Source: the human T2T-CHM13v2.0 reference genome, Homo sapiens. Taken from it: a DNA stretch of 64,000 nucleotides. The notes under the pieces are model-generated. The model searched no databases. It worked only from the letters and a program-made list of their open reading frames with translations, and was not told the DNA's origin. This document shows, one piece after another, positions 14,006 through 25,900 of the stretch (its first letter is position 1; the number at the start of each line of letters is the position of its first letter). The stretch lies in assembly GCF_009914755.1 (NCBI RefSeq), contig NC_060927.1, one strand, 5' to 3'. Made by a program: the position numbers and the translations under genes.

Positions 14006-14013
14006 TATCTGTA

Positions 14014-14055
<42 letters not shown>

Positions 14056-14240
14056 GTACATATATGTACATATGTATGTATATATATGTACCTATATACC
14101 TGTACATATATGTACAGGTACATATATAAATGGTAATATCTGTACCATTTATATATATATATAAAATACATATATATTATAATATATTATACCTTAAATA
14201 TTATAATATATCTTAAATTTTTGGTATAATATACCTTAAA
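14006..14240. repeat. (TA)n-rich compound microsatellite
   Basis: Pure TA run about 14016-14052 followed by TA/TGTACA variants. Confidence 0.95.
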
Positions 14241-16904
14241 ATTTTGAAGTAAAACATTAGAAACCGAGTAGGACTTTTTTTTTTGTCCTGATGCTGTAGT
14301 AACACATCCTATGGCATACCATACATACCATTAGGCTTTCCAATGTAAATAGTGTATTTTCATGTTTACACTAAACTAACACGTGAGGAATTTAGCATTA
14401 CTCTTCACCAGTTATATAAGACACCTCATTTGAATTTTTGAATTCTATTCTATTTAATATTCTATTGAATTCTATTTGCATTCTATTGCACACATGGCAC
14501 TGCCCCTCTCTTCTTACATTTTAAAAAATTACATTTAGAAACAAGAGTGAATATTGCCACTAAGAACGTTCAAAATCATGTTTCTGAGATATATATTCTA
14601 TCTGCTTTCCTCTGGCTGTGTATCCATTCATGGGTGTAAAAAACAAGAATATTTTATTCTTGTTCTGATATGTCCTACTAATACATGTTTGTGGAATAAA
14701 ATTGCCATGGTTATTAAAAGAGTCTGTGACATTTTCTAAAGAGTGTGGGTATTGCCTGCACTGCCTGGCTGAATTCCAATTTGGGTAATTACATTCGGCT
14801 TTCTGGTTACCTTAGCGATCCTCTCTTTTGCTCCAAGGGTCCTCACGGTGGTTGAGCTCAGCTGAGATATTGCTGTTTGCTGTCCTTAGTTCTAAATAAT
14901 AGTAGCTGAGGGGTTCTAGTCTTTGGAAATTTAATTTTCATCTATTTTAACAAACAAAATGTACACATTTTGGGGTGTATAATAAAACCTGGCTTTCTAA
15001 TTGAAATTCTTCTTGGAGTAGAGTGGGCAATCTAATCAGGGAGGAAATTGTGATCCTTGATTTCTTTCTCTGTTCTTGATCATATTTATTATTCCTATGG
15101 AAATTGGAGCAATTTTCTAAATTTATTTAATCTCCCCTGCCTCTCAAACTTCACAGCAATTTTCTGAAACTTCTGTTATTGTTCTTATAGTCTGCCTTGA
15201 AGTAGAGCTTCCTGTGGGCTTATCCTAGGCCTGTGACAAATGCTAAACTGTAAGGACCTCCCTACTTTGTTTTCCCTGATGGAAACTTTCACAGAATGAC
15301 ATGTTGTAGTTGCTCATTAAATGATGAATGAATGATTTCCCTTTAGGTTAATGTTATTTACTATTAACGACTAAGCCTGTGTTTTGAACACAAACAGACT
15401 ATTTATTATTCAACCTAATACAATCGTTTCAATGTAAATATTTTAGTTCCTGGACATTAGCATCACTATATCATAGCAGGTTGTGCATAGGGGCAGCTGC
15501 TTCCCACTCTGCACCCTCAATATACTCTTGGAAATCTTAAGGGTCCCGAAAGAACCAAGCCAGAATTATTATAAGGGTAATATTGGGACTGCAATCAGTT
15601 TATTCTGCACTGGACGATTGAATCTGATCATAAAGTGTAATTCAAAGCATAGGGTTCCCAAACTTTGAACCACTACATCAAAAAAGAAAAAAAAAAACGG
15701 AGAAGAATGGTCGCAAGTAGGCAGTATAGTTTTAACTGTCCCATCCCCCCTACCAAAGAGATTCTCTTTCTCCCACTCAAGGAGACATATTGGAATGCAA
15801 ATGTCTTAGACTAACTTTACTGTAGGGTTGAACTTGAATTGGTTTTAACTTAAAATTTAAAAGGTAAGAAATTCATAATTGTCATTACTCATTATGAGGA
15901 GTGAAATTCTTGCTACATATCCCTTAATAGATCGCCATGTATTGTTGTCTTAATACAGATTTAGATTGTTCTCAAGGACTTCGAAGGACTCTCTCTTATA
16001 CCTTTAAGCCTTATCTTAGGGAACCACTCTTGTGCTTGGTACTTTGGTAACACCAAATTGCTATTCATTTCCTGCACACAGGGGGGTTTCTTTGGCCTGG
16101 AATGCCATCTTAGTATTCCTGTCTGGCTGACACTTGTGCACCCCTCAAGACTGAATAAAAAGCCTAGAGGAAGGGGTAGGTGCCCTTCTTCTGTGGTTCT
16201 GTTGCATCCTGAGTTTACCTTTGCATTTCTCCCTTGTTATAGCAATGATCTGTTTTTGTATATATGCCTTTTCTGTTACTATTGGTGGAACTGAACTAAG
16301 ATTTCTTAGACATTGCAAGTATACAGCAAAACCACTTGCTAAGGAGCCATTTCCTTATTGAGATATAATTTTTCCCAGGACTGTAGTCTTCAAGGAGAAA
16401 GTGCAAGGAAAATCACGTTTACCTGTGTTTCTTTTTCTTCTTTCCGTATATTAAATGCAGTCCAACTATTTACTGTTAGGAAAACCCCCATGAATTTGTT
16501 TTATAGTAAATGAAAAAGGAGCTTAATTACTTTCTAGTTAAGCTCTTAGAACACCCTTTCTAAAAGGTTTATCTGTAAGCCCAAAATTCCTAACTTATGT
16601 TTTGGAATTGCTATTTCCTAGTTTTGGAAAATTTTTAAAATTAAATCTTTTTTTCCTTCTCTTTATAAGCACTGAAAAAAACGAATAAAACAAGAGATAA
16701 AGAAAGAAATCTTTTTGTCCTCCCTTTAAACCCCAGCAGGAAATGAGTCATTTTGGTAAATGTTTCTATTATTTAAAAGTCATAAGTTCATGGGTTTTAC
16801 TCTAAGATTGACTCATTGCTATGATGCCATGGTGTCAATGAATACCAAATCAAAAAGCTACATTGTATTTAAAATGTAAAAAAATGAGTATTATATTCCT
16901 TCAA

Positions 16905-17050
16905 GAGGCAGTGTGATATTGTCAGAAGGGCACTGACTTGGGCATGAGAAGACTAATGGTCCAGTCTCAGATTTGCCACCAGCTATGGGACTTTGCCTCT
17001 TTGGAACTCAGTCTCCACTTTTGCAGAATGGTGAAATTTAGAATTGGGCT
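16905..17050 (+). mobile_element. MIR (MIR3-like) fragment
   Basis: gaggcagtgtgat...ctcagtctccacttttgcagaatgg. Confidence 0.6.
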
Positions 17051-17429
17051 GCTAAAACAGTAGCGACCACAACAACTAAAACTAAAAAACTGGAAGAAAT
17101 GTTCAACTACTCCATAGAAGGAAACAATTGGAGGAAATCCAGACATTTGCTAAAGATCCTCCCTTTCAAATGGATAATTGAGAAAACATGTTTTAGTTCT
17201 CTCATTTGATAAAGTTACTAAATTCATAAAAAAGACTGATGACAAGGTACAGGTTTAATTTTTAAAATCTTGCATGTAAACCTGGGATACAATATTGAAA
17301 ATCAGGAGGCTTGTGGTCTGGTTCTTGCTTTTGGAAGAAGGCTGGCATTATAGTACCCTAGAAAGACTGTATAGGGATTGTTAAGCCAAATGAACCAGCC
17401 TTGACCAAACCTAGGAGGCAATATTGCCC

Positions 17430-17625
17430 AGCTGTAAGGAGCATGGGCTTTAGAACCTCTGGTTGCTCTTGTTAATGGTGCGACTTTAGGCATGTTATTT
17501 AACCTCTGTGGAGATAAAGTTTCTCATTTGGAAAATGAGGATCATAATATTGACCCATAGGGCTTTTTGAAAGATTACTTGGGTTAATATAAGTTAAGGG
17601 TACAGTAAATAACAGCAATTATTGT
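17430..17625 (+). mobile_element. MIR
   Basis: gttatttaacctctgtg...agtttctcatttggaaaatgaggatcataat. Confidence 0.7.
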
Positions 17626-17729
17626 GAGGTGACAAATTATTATTTGTAGTCTGAGTCAGATGGGGATTGAGTCCCAGACTTGTTGGGGCAATCATCTCAG
17701 ACTTAGTGCCAAGAGTCTTTACCCCGAAT

Positions 17730-17895
17730 GATAATCATAAACAACATTTATAAAGTGGGTTATAGAATTGCACATAGATTATCTCGTTTGCTCGTTATAA
17801 TAATCCTGGATACAGCTAAAGGTCACCCAGCTAGTAAGTAACAGAGCTGGGGCTCAAACCACATTTTCTGCCTCCTAACCCTTATTCTGTCCACT
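17730..17895 (-). mobile_element. MIR fragment
   Basis: aaggtcacccagctagtaagtaacagagctggggctcaaacc. Confidence 0.7.
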
Positions 17896-18739
17896 GCGAT
17901 TCTAGTTCTACTTAGCACTAATGAGTCTGTGGCCTAGGTTAATTGCCCAGCTTCTCTATTTAGCTTAATTAATAAAATAACTAGAAAAGCTTTAAAAATA
18001 CTTTTATAATTTCAGATAGTTTGTGGACAGGTAAATGTAAATTCTAATGAAAATATGTTGAAACACAACTTTATTGTAAGTATTATATTGCTATTACTAT
18101 GTGTGTAAATAAGAAATTCAGAATAATTCTGACCTTTGTTTTGGGGATTGAGATAGTGAAATTTAGGAGGGATTCACAGAGACCTTCAACTTGAGTGGTA
18201 ACATTGTACTTCCTGAACTGGTATATGGTAGTTGGTGTATCATTTGTTCTTTTTATCTAATTGATATAGAAATATGTCATAATAAACTTCTCCAAAAAAG
18301 ACTGGAAGGAAACTCACACAAATAGAGAAATATATTGGTGCATAATAAATGTATTTTAATATTTTCATAACCTAATGCAGAAATGTTTTGCAATGTACAT
18401 TCATAATATAAGGAGAAATTTAAGCATTATAAAGAACACATTTATATTCCCTAATAGCCCTAGCACTTCTCGTAGTTAATCTTGACTTTACATTCGGGGA
18501 CATAAATAAATCTGTATTTCTCTTGGCTGGGACTGAGGATGTCGTGGCAGCAGTGTTAAGAAAAACTAAGAAAATTAGTACTTTTGAGTAAGTTGCCTTG
18601 TTTATGAACAGCTTATTTTGAAGAATAGACAGTTCCTAATTTCTGCTAGTCAAACAAAGGTGCATATGGACCTCAGCTGCTGGCAATATGTCAGAATCCT
18701 CATAGCACTGCTGCCCAAGTGACCCAAGTTCCCACAGGC

Positions 18740-18950
18740 ATAATGCTTTATAGCTTACAAAGACTCTCTCTATACCTTATCTCATGGGAGCCTCACAGAA
18801 ACCCTATGATAGAGTCATCACTATTAGCATTTTCACCATTTTAGAAATTGAAGAAACCAAAGGCTAATTGTAGGATAAATCAGAACTAGGACTGGAACCC
18901 ACATCATTTTACTGCAAAAGCCCATGATTGTCTTCACTACATCATAACGT
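18740..18950 (-). mobile_element. MIR fragment
   Basis: atctcatgggagcctcacagaaaccctatg...ccattttagaaattgaagaaac...ggactggaaccc. Confidence 0.6.
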
Positions 18951-19744
18951 CCTTTTATTTGCAGCTCTCCATCTGATACTTTGTTTTCCTGAGCTAATCA
19001 CTTACACCAGCACCTTGGTTTTTTAAACTTTTCTTCTAATATTAAAGCTCTTGACCTCTTTCTTATTGTAATAATTAAATATGACGAAGACTACTCTAGA
19101 GTTTACCAAATGTCCATGGGTTTCAATGATCCTAGGCTGTTTATATACTTTCTTTACAGCTTTTTCTTATAGTAGCAGAAAAAGTAAGTTGACTTTTTCA
19201 TTGATGTTAGGAAATATAAGGATATCAAGGCAAACACTCCACCACCCATCCTACCCCCCAGCCCCAAATTAACCAAACTACACAACAACCGTGTTGTCTC
19301 TCCTGGGGCCCAAAATTTTGTTAGTGGTTTAAGTGAAGACAGAGGATTCTCTGTATTTTTGTCTTAGCATCTAGCACATTGCCTTGCATTTGGCATTCAA
19401 TTGATTTGTTTTAATTTTACCTAAACCTTTACATTATCTAGTTCCAGCCTGTGTCTCTGCTGAGGTAAAAAGCACAATTATACTCAAATTGATCAAAATA
19501 ATGATTTAAAAGAGAACTATCCTTTAATGATCATTTACACAGAGACTCATGCTTTTTTCTGTCATTCTTGAAAACTTTATGCCATATTATTATAAATTGT
19601 ACTGCAAATGTTCATTCTCAACGTGAGACTCACTTTTGAGAGAATTAATTCATACCGTCCAGTTCCTTTTCTGGGAGACATCTATTATTCTTCCTACGAG
19701 TTTATCCAAAAGAGAAAATAATGTTTTATGCTAACCAAAAATGA

Positions 19745-19930
19745 AGGCTACTATGTGAACAATGAGCATGGTGGTTTTTCTTGCATGATTGCATTTAGTT
19801 CTCCTCATTGACCCTGAGAGGTAGGCCATGTTATCCTAATTTTACAGATGAGCAAACAGATTCAAGGGGGGAAGTGACCTGACATGTACACATCATACAC
19901 CAAGAAGTGGCAGAGCAGGTGTTTTGGAAT
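19745..19930 (-). mobile_element. MIR fragment
   Basis: accctgagaggtagg...attttacagatgagcaaacaga. Confidence 0.7.
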
Positions 19931-20639
19931 CTTTTCATAGCATCGCAATCTCTACAAAGATGAAAGGTAGATGGAGAACAATCATTTTATAGACCATTTT
20001 TGCAGGAGCTTCTTCATGGTCATATTGTCCACTGTTTATACTGTCGATAGACCAGCAACCACCTTCATAAGATATCTGGCTTTATGGCCTATGGAAAATG
20101 GATTAGACTATTAATTCAGAAAGAAAGCACTCAAAGGTTGTGGGTGAATTTGGGAGGTACACTGAGGAGCCAGTTTTCATATGCAATAATACAGCTATGG
20201 AGAATAATTTAACTAAATGTCTTAATGATTGAATATGTATATTTATGAATATGAATATACACACATGAATATATATGTCCACACATATATAGTCTTCAAA
20301 TGTTCCAGGATGAGGCTGAAGCTCAGTTCAACTCAGCAAATATTGTGCGTGTGTTTGTGTGTGTGTGTGCGCACACACACAAACTTACTAGGTGCCAAAT
20401 ACTCTTAAGGGAACCCAAAGATGAGTGAGATGTGATTTCTGCCCTACTGGAAGTCAAGATCTAGTGAAGAGAATTGAGGTTGATAAAGAGCTTCAATATA
20501 GACAAACACGGATTTATTTTTATACTCATTTCTTAATTGATGATATTTACCAGGATTTTATCTTCAGCCATTCCCATTTCGTACTTTTTTCTTACCCTCA
20601 GGAAACCATCTATTTTCTTTATTTTGGCCACCAATGATG

Positions 20640-21700
20640 ATCTGTAGCTCCAGAAGTTTCTCTCTCCTGGATTCTAATCTCCTATTGATAGCTGTCTTCT
20701 GTGCATTTCTGACTGTGTTCCTTAGATATTTTAAATGCTAAATATACAAAAGCATGCCTCCTTTTTATATTCTCTGTTTAGTTTAATAGCATCACTCTGC
20801 ATCAGTTTTCTAGAGACCTCAAATGCATCATTTATCTATCCACCAGCTTCCCATCCCTCATTTTCAGTTGTTCATCAAGTCCTGTGAATGTTGTCTTCTA
20901 AACATGCCTTAAATGTGATCTTGCATCTCTGTCTTCATGGCCACAGGTTTAGTTCAGCTGCATTTCATTTCTTACCTGGACAATCATCCAACAATCGTCT
21001 TAGCCTTTTATTTCATCCCATTCAAAGTCATTTTTAATACAGTTGCCTGGTTAATCTTTCTAAAATATAACTGATAACATATTTTTTGCTTGCTAAATGC
21101 TTTCAATGCTTCCCTTCTGCCTCCTGGAATAGGTTCAAATCATTATCATAGCCCTGCTAATCTGTTATTGATCTATTCCTTACTGCCACTCCTCTTTTGC
21201 CAAGTACACCTGACTTTGGTTCTGGGCTAATATTCAGTTATTATGTACAAATGAAACCATTTTCTATTCTGATTGGCCAGTACTCATTCCATACTGATTG
21301 TTAAATATTTTGAATATCACCCTTTCTTTAGTGGTACCAAACTGTCTTTCTCCCCAGTCATGCACATATTTTTATGCTTCTGTGCACTTTGAATAATCAG
21401 TTTTATCTACCAGGAACATTCTTCTTTTTTTCTTTACCTGGCAAATTTATATTAATCCTTTGAGATCCTGCTCAAATATTACCTCCTCTATAAAATCTTG
21501 CCTGCCCTCCCTCCACACAGGCAGAATTTTTCTTCCCTCCCTGTACATATCTGGATTAAAGGACTTATCATGTTACATTGTAGATATTACTTACTGACCT
21601 AGGGGATTTTTAAGAAAAAAATATTTTTAAAATCTCCAACATGTAGCTTAGTATTTGGTGTACAGCAAAGGCTCTCATAAAACATTTATTGAATTGATAG
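20640..21700 (+). mobile_element. L2 relic (long), possibly interrupted by a short DNA-transposon fragment near 21240-21325
   Basis: Pyrimidine-rich sense L2-like sequence ending ataaaacatttattgaattga. Confidence 0.7.
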
Positions 21701-21714
21701 ATAGATAGATCTAG

Positions 21715-22300
21715 AAAAGTTTTATGGGATGGAATTCAAGATTGATTTTGAAGACTAGGCTGAGGATTGAGGCTGGAAAGGCATTCCAGGATGGAAGACT
21801 GCATGTGACAAGGGGCAGGAAAGGTCAGTATATTATGGAACAGTGAGCCTAAGATTAAGATGCAATGGGTTATAGGTAGTAGTTTAAGATAAGTAGGTTG
21901 GGATCAAAGAGTGGAGTGTTCCAATAGCCATAGTAAGAAGTTTGGACTACATCCTATGCATTAGAAGACTGTGAGCATGGGTGACATTTTCCTCTATGTT
22001 TCAGTGAGACATCTCTAACAGCACTGTGCTATATGCATTGAAGACCCAGAGCCTGCAGGTGGCCACGGTCCAAGAAGGGTCAGATGAAAAAGTCGCCATC
22101 TAAATCTATGAGATTGCAGAGGTGGAAATAAAAATGAAATTCATTTTGGAGGCAGAATTGGCAAGATTTTAAAATTAGTAAAGTGTATGACTAAAGGAAG
22201 AGCGAGAAATCAATTATAATTACAATGTTTCAAAATTAAGTGACTAAGAGACCAGAGATGGTGTATCATGGGATGATTCACAGAGGTTATGTTTGGTGAA
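21715..22300 (-). mobile_element. L2 relic
   Basis: ggaaaggcattccaggatggaagactgcatgtgacaagg. Confidence 0.6.
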
Positions 22301-22714
22301 TTAAAACAAGACAGAAGAACATAGATGCTACCAGCTATAGACACATATTTCTACCATCCTTGGAATCTTGATTAAAAGTTTACCTCATATGTTTTCTCTG
22401 TATTTTTCTATGTTTAATTCCCAAGTGTAGTTACAAGCCTCACTGGAAAATTCAGAAGCAATGGTGATAAGCACTACCAGTCACTACTGTAGGAACTTGT
22501 TAAAGATAATTCAACTAACAGAGACAATTATAAATGTTCCTTTTTTACGGAGCTGGGACCACAAATGTTACCTCTCAAATATTCGTTGTCAAAGCAGCTT
22601 ATTTTATATATTGGAACATACATTATTTTGTATTATTGGCTACACCAAAACATCATTAACTTAAAACACAAGAGAGAAAATACTTATTCACTTAACAGGG
22701 TTTGAATTGCTCAT

Positions 22715-23037
22715 GTTAACCAATATGGTAACCAGAAGCTACATGTAGCTGTCGAGCCCTTGAAAGTGGCTAGTCCGAAACTGAGATGTGCTGTAAATAT
22801 AAAATGCACACTAGAGTTTGAAGACTTGGTACAAAAAATGAAATAATGTCATCTATCTTATAAATAATTTGATAGTTCCCTTACATGTTGAAATGCTAAT
22901 CCTTTGAATACATTGGTTAAATGAAATACATTATCAGAATCAATTCCACCTGTTTCACTTTACTTTTTAAGTGTGGCTCCTAGGAACATTTAGAATTACA
23001 TATGTTATTCACATTACATTTCTATTGGACAGTGCTG
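22715..23037 (-). mobile_element. MER33 (hAT-Charlie) DNA transposon
   Basis: gtggctagtccgaaactgagatgtgctgtaa... ending atttctattggacagtgctg. Confidence 0.85.
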
Positions 23038-23552
23038 GAATGGTGTTCTTATTTAGCAACCAGCCAACAGGCATCTTTTAAGTTCTTGTGTACAGATGAT
23101 TAAGGCTTGAAGTTAGCTGAGAAGTTGCAATTGCATAAAGTGATGTATTTTTAGGGCTTGATGACATTTCAATCAATATACAAAATGTTGGTTAAAAAAG
23201 CAGATCTAAATGTCTGTGGATTTGATCTGTCTCCCCTTTTAAACATTAGTTCTGTTTTTTTTACACTATCTCACCAATATCCTATTAGGTGATTTATAAT
23301 GATCCATTAAATCTTCTGTTTGTAGCAAAACAGTCAGGAATTTGATTTGCAAGTTCCCTTTGGTTAGTGGAAAAGAATTAGCACATATCCACATATGGGT
23401 GTCAAGGATGTAGAGGCCTGGAATATAATCACTATGCTTAGTCCTCAAACTATATACTCAACATATCTTATTCGTTCTCTGAAGAGTCAGAACATACTTC
23501 TCAGTGTCATAGGCCTTGGAGTCATCCAGAATATTATTTGTTAGCAACAGCA

Positions 23553-23826
23553 TAGAAGAAAGAAAAGAAAGAGGAGAGAGAGGGGAAGGCGGAGAAGGAG
23601 AAGAAGGAGAAGGAGGAGGAGGAGGGGAAGGAGGAGAAGAAGGAGAATGAGAAGGAGGAGGAGAAGGGGAAGGAGGAGAAGAAGGAGGAGGAGAAGGGTA
23701 AGGAGGAGAAGAAGGAGAATGAGAAGGAGGAAGAGAAGGGGAAGGAGGAGTAGGGGAAGGAGAAGGGGAGGGAGGAGAAGAAGGGGAAGGAGGAGGAGGA
23801 GGAGGGGAAGGGGAGGGAGAAGGAGA
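23553..23826. repeat. GA-rich polypurine low-complexity tract
   Basis: About 270 bp of almost pure A/G built from GGA/GAA/GGG triplets. Confidence 0.97.
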
Positions 23827-24726
23827 TTATTTGCACTTTATAAATATTGACGTTTTGGATTAAAAGATATTTTCTATGTGTTGACGGCCTTACTGATATT
23901 ATATTTGCACTGTTCTTCCAGATAAACCATGTGAATATCTGTGATTGTACAGAATTCACTATTTTTTAAGTAAAATGACTAGTCATTGGACAATATTTTA
24001 ATTTCAATTTTTTGAGCAAGGCACTTGATTTTTTAATGCCTTAGTTTCTTCAATCTTCAAATGGGATAGATTTTTATTTTGTTTTGTTTTTATGGTAATG
24101 AGAAGTAAATGCTTTATTTTTTAAAAAGCTAAGTCTCTAATTATAATGAAAAGTGCTTCAAAGCTACAACAATATCCTGACTAGATCATAAGTGGCAAAA
24201 CAACAATGTAATACAGAAGATGCAAAGCATTCTTTGAAAATGGCGACTTCGTTTTAAAAGAATTTCTATTGCGTTAGAGTAGTGCCTATGAAAATAAATA
24301 AGTAGTGAAAAACCATTCCTGAGTACTCAGAAAGTATTTATGAATACCAAGATACGAATGTAGTTTAGCTTTGCAATTCCGAATTAATAGCCTGCCTAGG
24401 GAACATCTCTTATTTAAAAAGGGCTGCCTGAATTAAGGTTAAGTTATGTTTGGTTTCCCAAGTGCCAGTCAGGATGTGTTTTTATATTCTGATTACCAAA
24501 AAGCATTTTATTTCCTTTTTAAAAAGAAAATTTGCATGAGTTGCTGAATAGCCCACATCATGGACTAAAATGCTCTAAAAGTATGTACAAACAAAGCAAA
24601 AAGAGGAAAATGGCTAACTTTTCAAATGAATACGGTGAATTGAATTATTCAAGACTAGACTGCATATTCAAATATGAGTTATACATTTTGACAAAACATT
24701 GTTAACATTTCTGTTGACTATGAATA

Positions 24727-24780
24727 AGTATTAATAATACACAGATTGTACCTAGTATTAATAATACACAGATTGCACCC
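24727..24780. repeat. 27-bp tandem duplication
   Basis: agtattaataatacacagattgtacct / agtattaataatacacagattgcaccc. Confidence 0.92.
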
Positions 24781-25239
24781 TGTATTCTGGCTGCAAAATA
24801 CGCCAAATGTACCATTGTCTCTCTGCATTCAGAGTGGTATATATTTTTGAGTCTGCATTGTAATATATGATACTGGTCTCAATATCTACTCAGTCTCAAA
24901 AGAAAGTATCTGTGTAAATGGATTATTTTTATATAACTTATATGTTTTAAAATACCAATGACACTTAAAACGTTTTGCTTTTTAATTAAAATCTTTAAAA
25001 TAAAAGGAATTAAGGCATTTAAATAAAAAAACAAAAGCCCAAAAAACAAAAGCATTTTATTCACTGAGGCAAAGACACATGAAATACTTTCTGCCAGGTC
25101 AAGCTGTCTTTCTGGATTAAGGTAGCAGACTGGTCCCCAAATAAGGAGGAACAATGTCAGCAGCTAAAATAGCTCAGGGATATGAAGCAGTGTTCAGCTT
25201 TCAACCCATATGTTTATTTTGAGCTGAACGTTTGGCCAT

Positions 25240-25900
25240 TGATTCAATAATTGTTTATTGAGTTCCTTTTATGCATCAAGCCTTAGCAAAATAGACATAA
25301 CTACAGGCTCATGGTACTTACAAACTATTGGGGGTTGGAGGGGGGGATTAACAAATAATGACTAGACAATTGTGCAAGTAAGTACAGTGGTAAGAAGCAA
25401 TGGTTAAGAGCACACACTCTGAACCCAGGCTTGAGTTTGCATCCTGGCTTTACCACTTGTTAGCTGCAGAAGCTTAGGCAAGTTATTTTATGTTGATATG
25501 CCTCAGTGTCTTCCTCCTCAAGGTTGCTGTGAGGTTTCTGTTAAAACATATAGTAGTCTAGCACATAATAAAGTTTATATAATTTGCTATTATCATTCTT
25601 TTTCTTACACTGTAATAAGTGCTGCAAGAGTAAATATCACCAGGTGACTGGAACTGGGTGTAGGAGTTTGGAGAAAGCTTTCCTAAGGAAAAGATGTTTG
25701 AATTAGGATCTTAAGAATGGGTAGGACTTAAATAGATTGAGAAGATTGGAAGTGATGAAGGGAGTGGAATTGAAGTTTTAAAGAACTTTCCAAGCAGTAA
25801 AAATAACATGTACAAAGACTGAGGCAAGAGGGAACATGGTAACTAAACAGCCCCCAAAGCAGCCCAGGGTAGCTGGAGGGAGGGAGTGAGATGGGGAACC
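25240..25900 (-). mobile_element. L2 relic interrupted by a plus-strand MIR (about 25385-25600)
   Basis: cattgattcaataattgtttattgag L2 tail; tggttaagagcacacactctgaaccc MIR head. Confidence 0.7.

Noticed and set aside
13928-14171. YI-repeat ORFs
   Set aside because: Translations of the (TA)n microsatellite
23534-23959. Arg-rich protamine-like ORF and Ser/Phe-rich ORF
   Set aside because: Artefacts of the stop-free GA low-complexity tract
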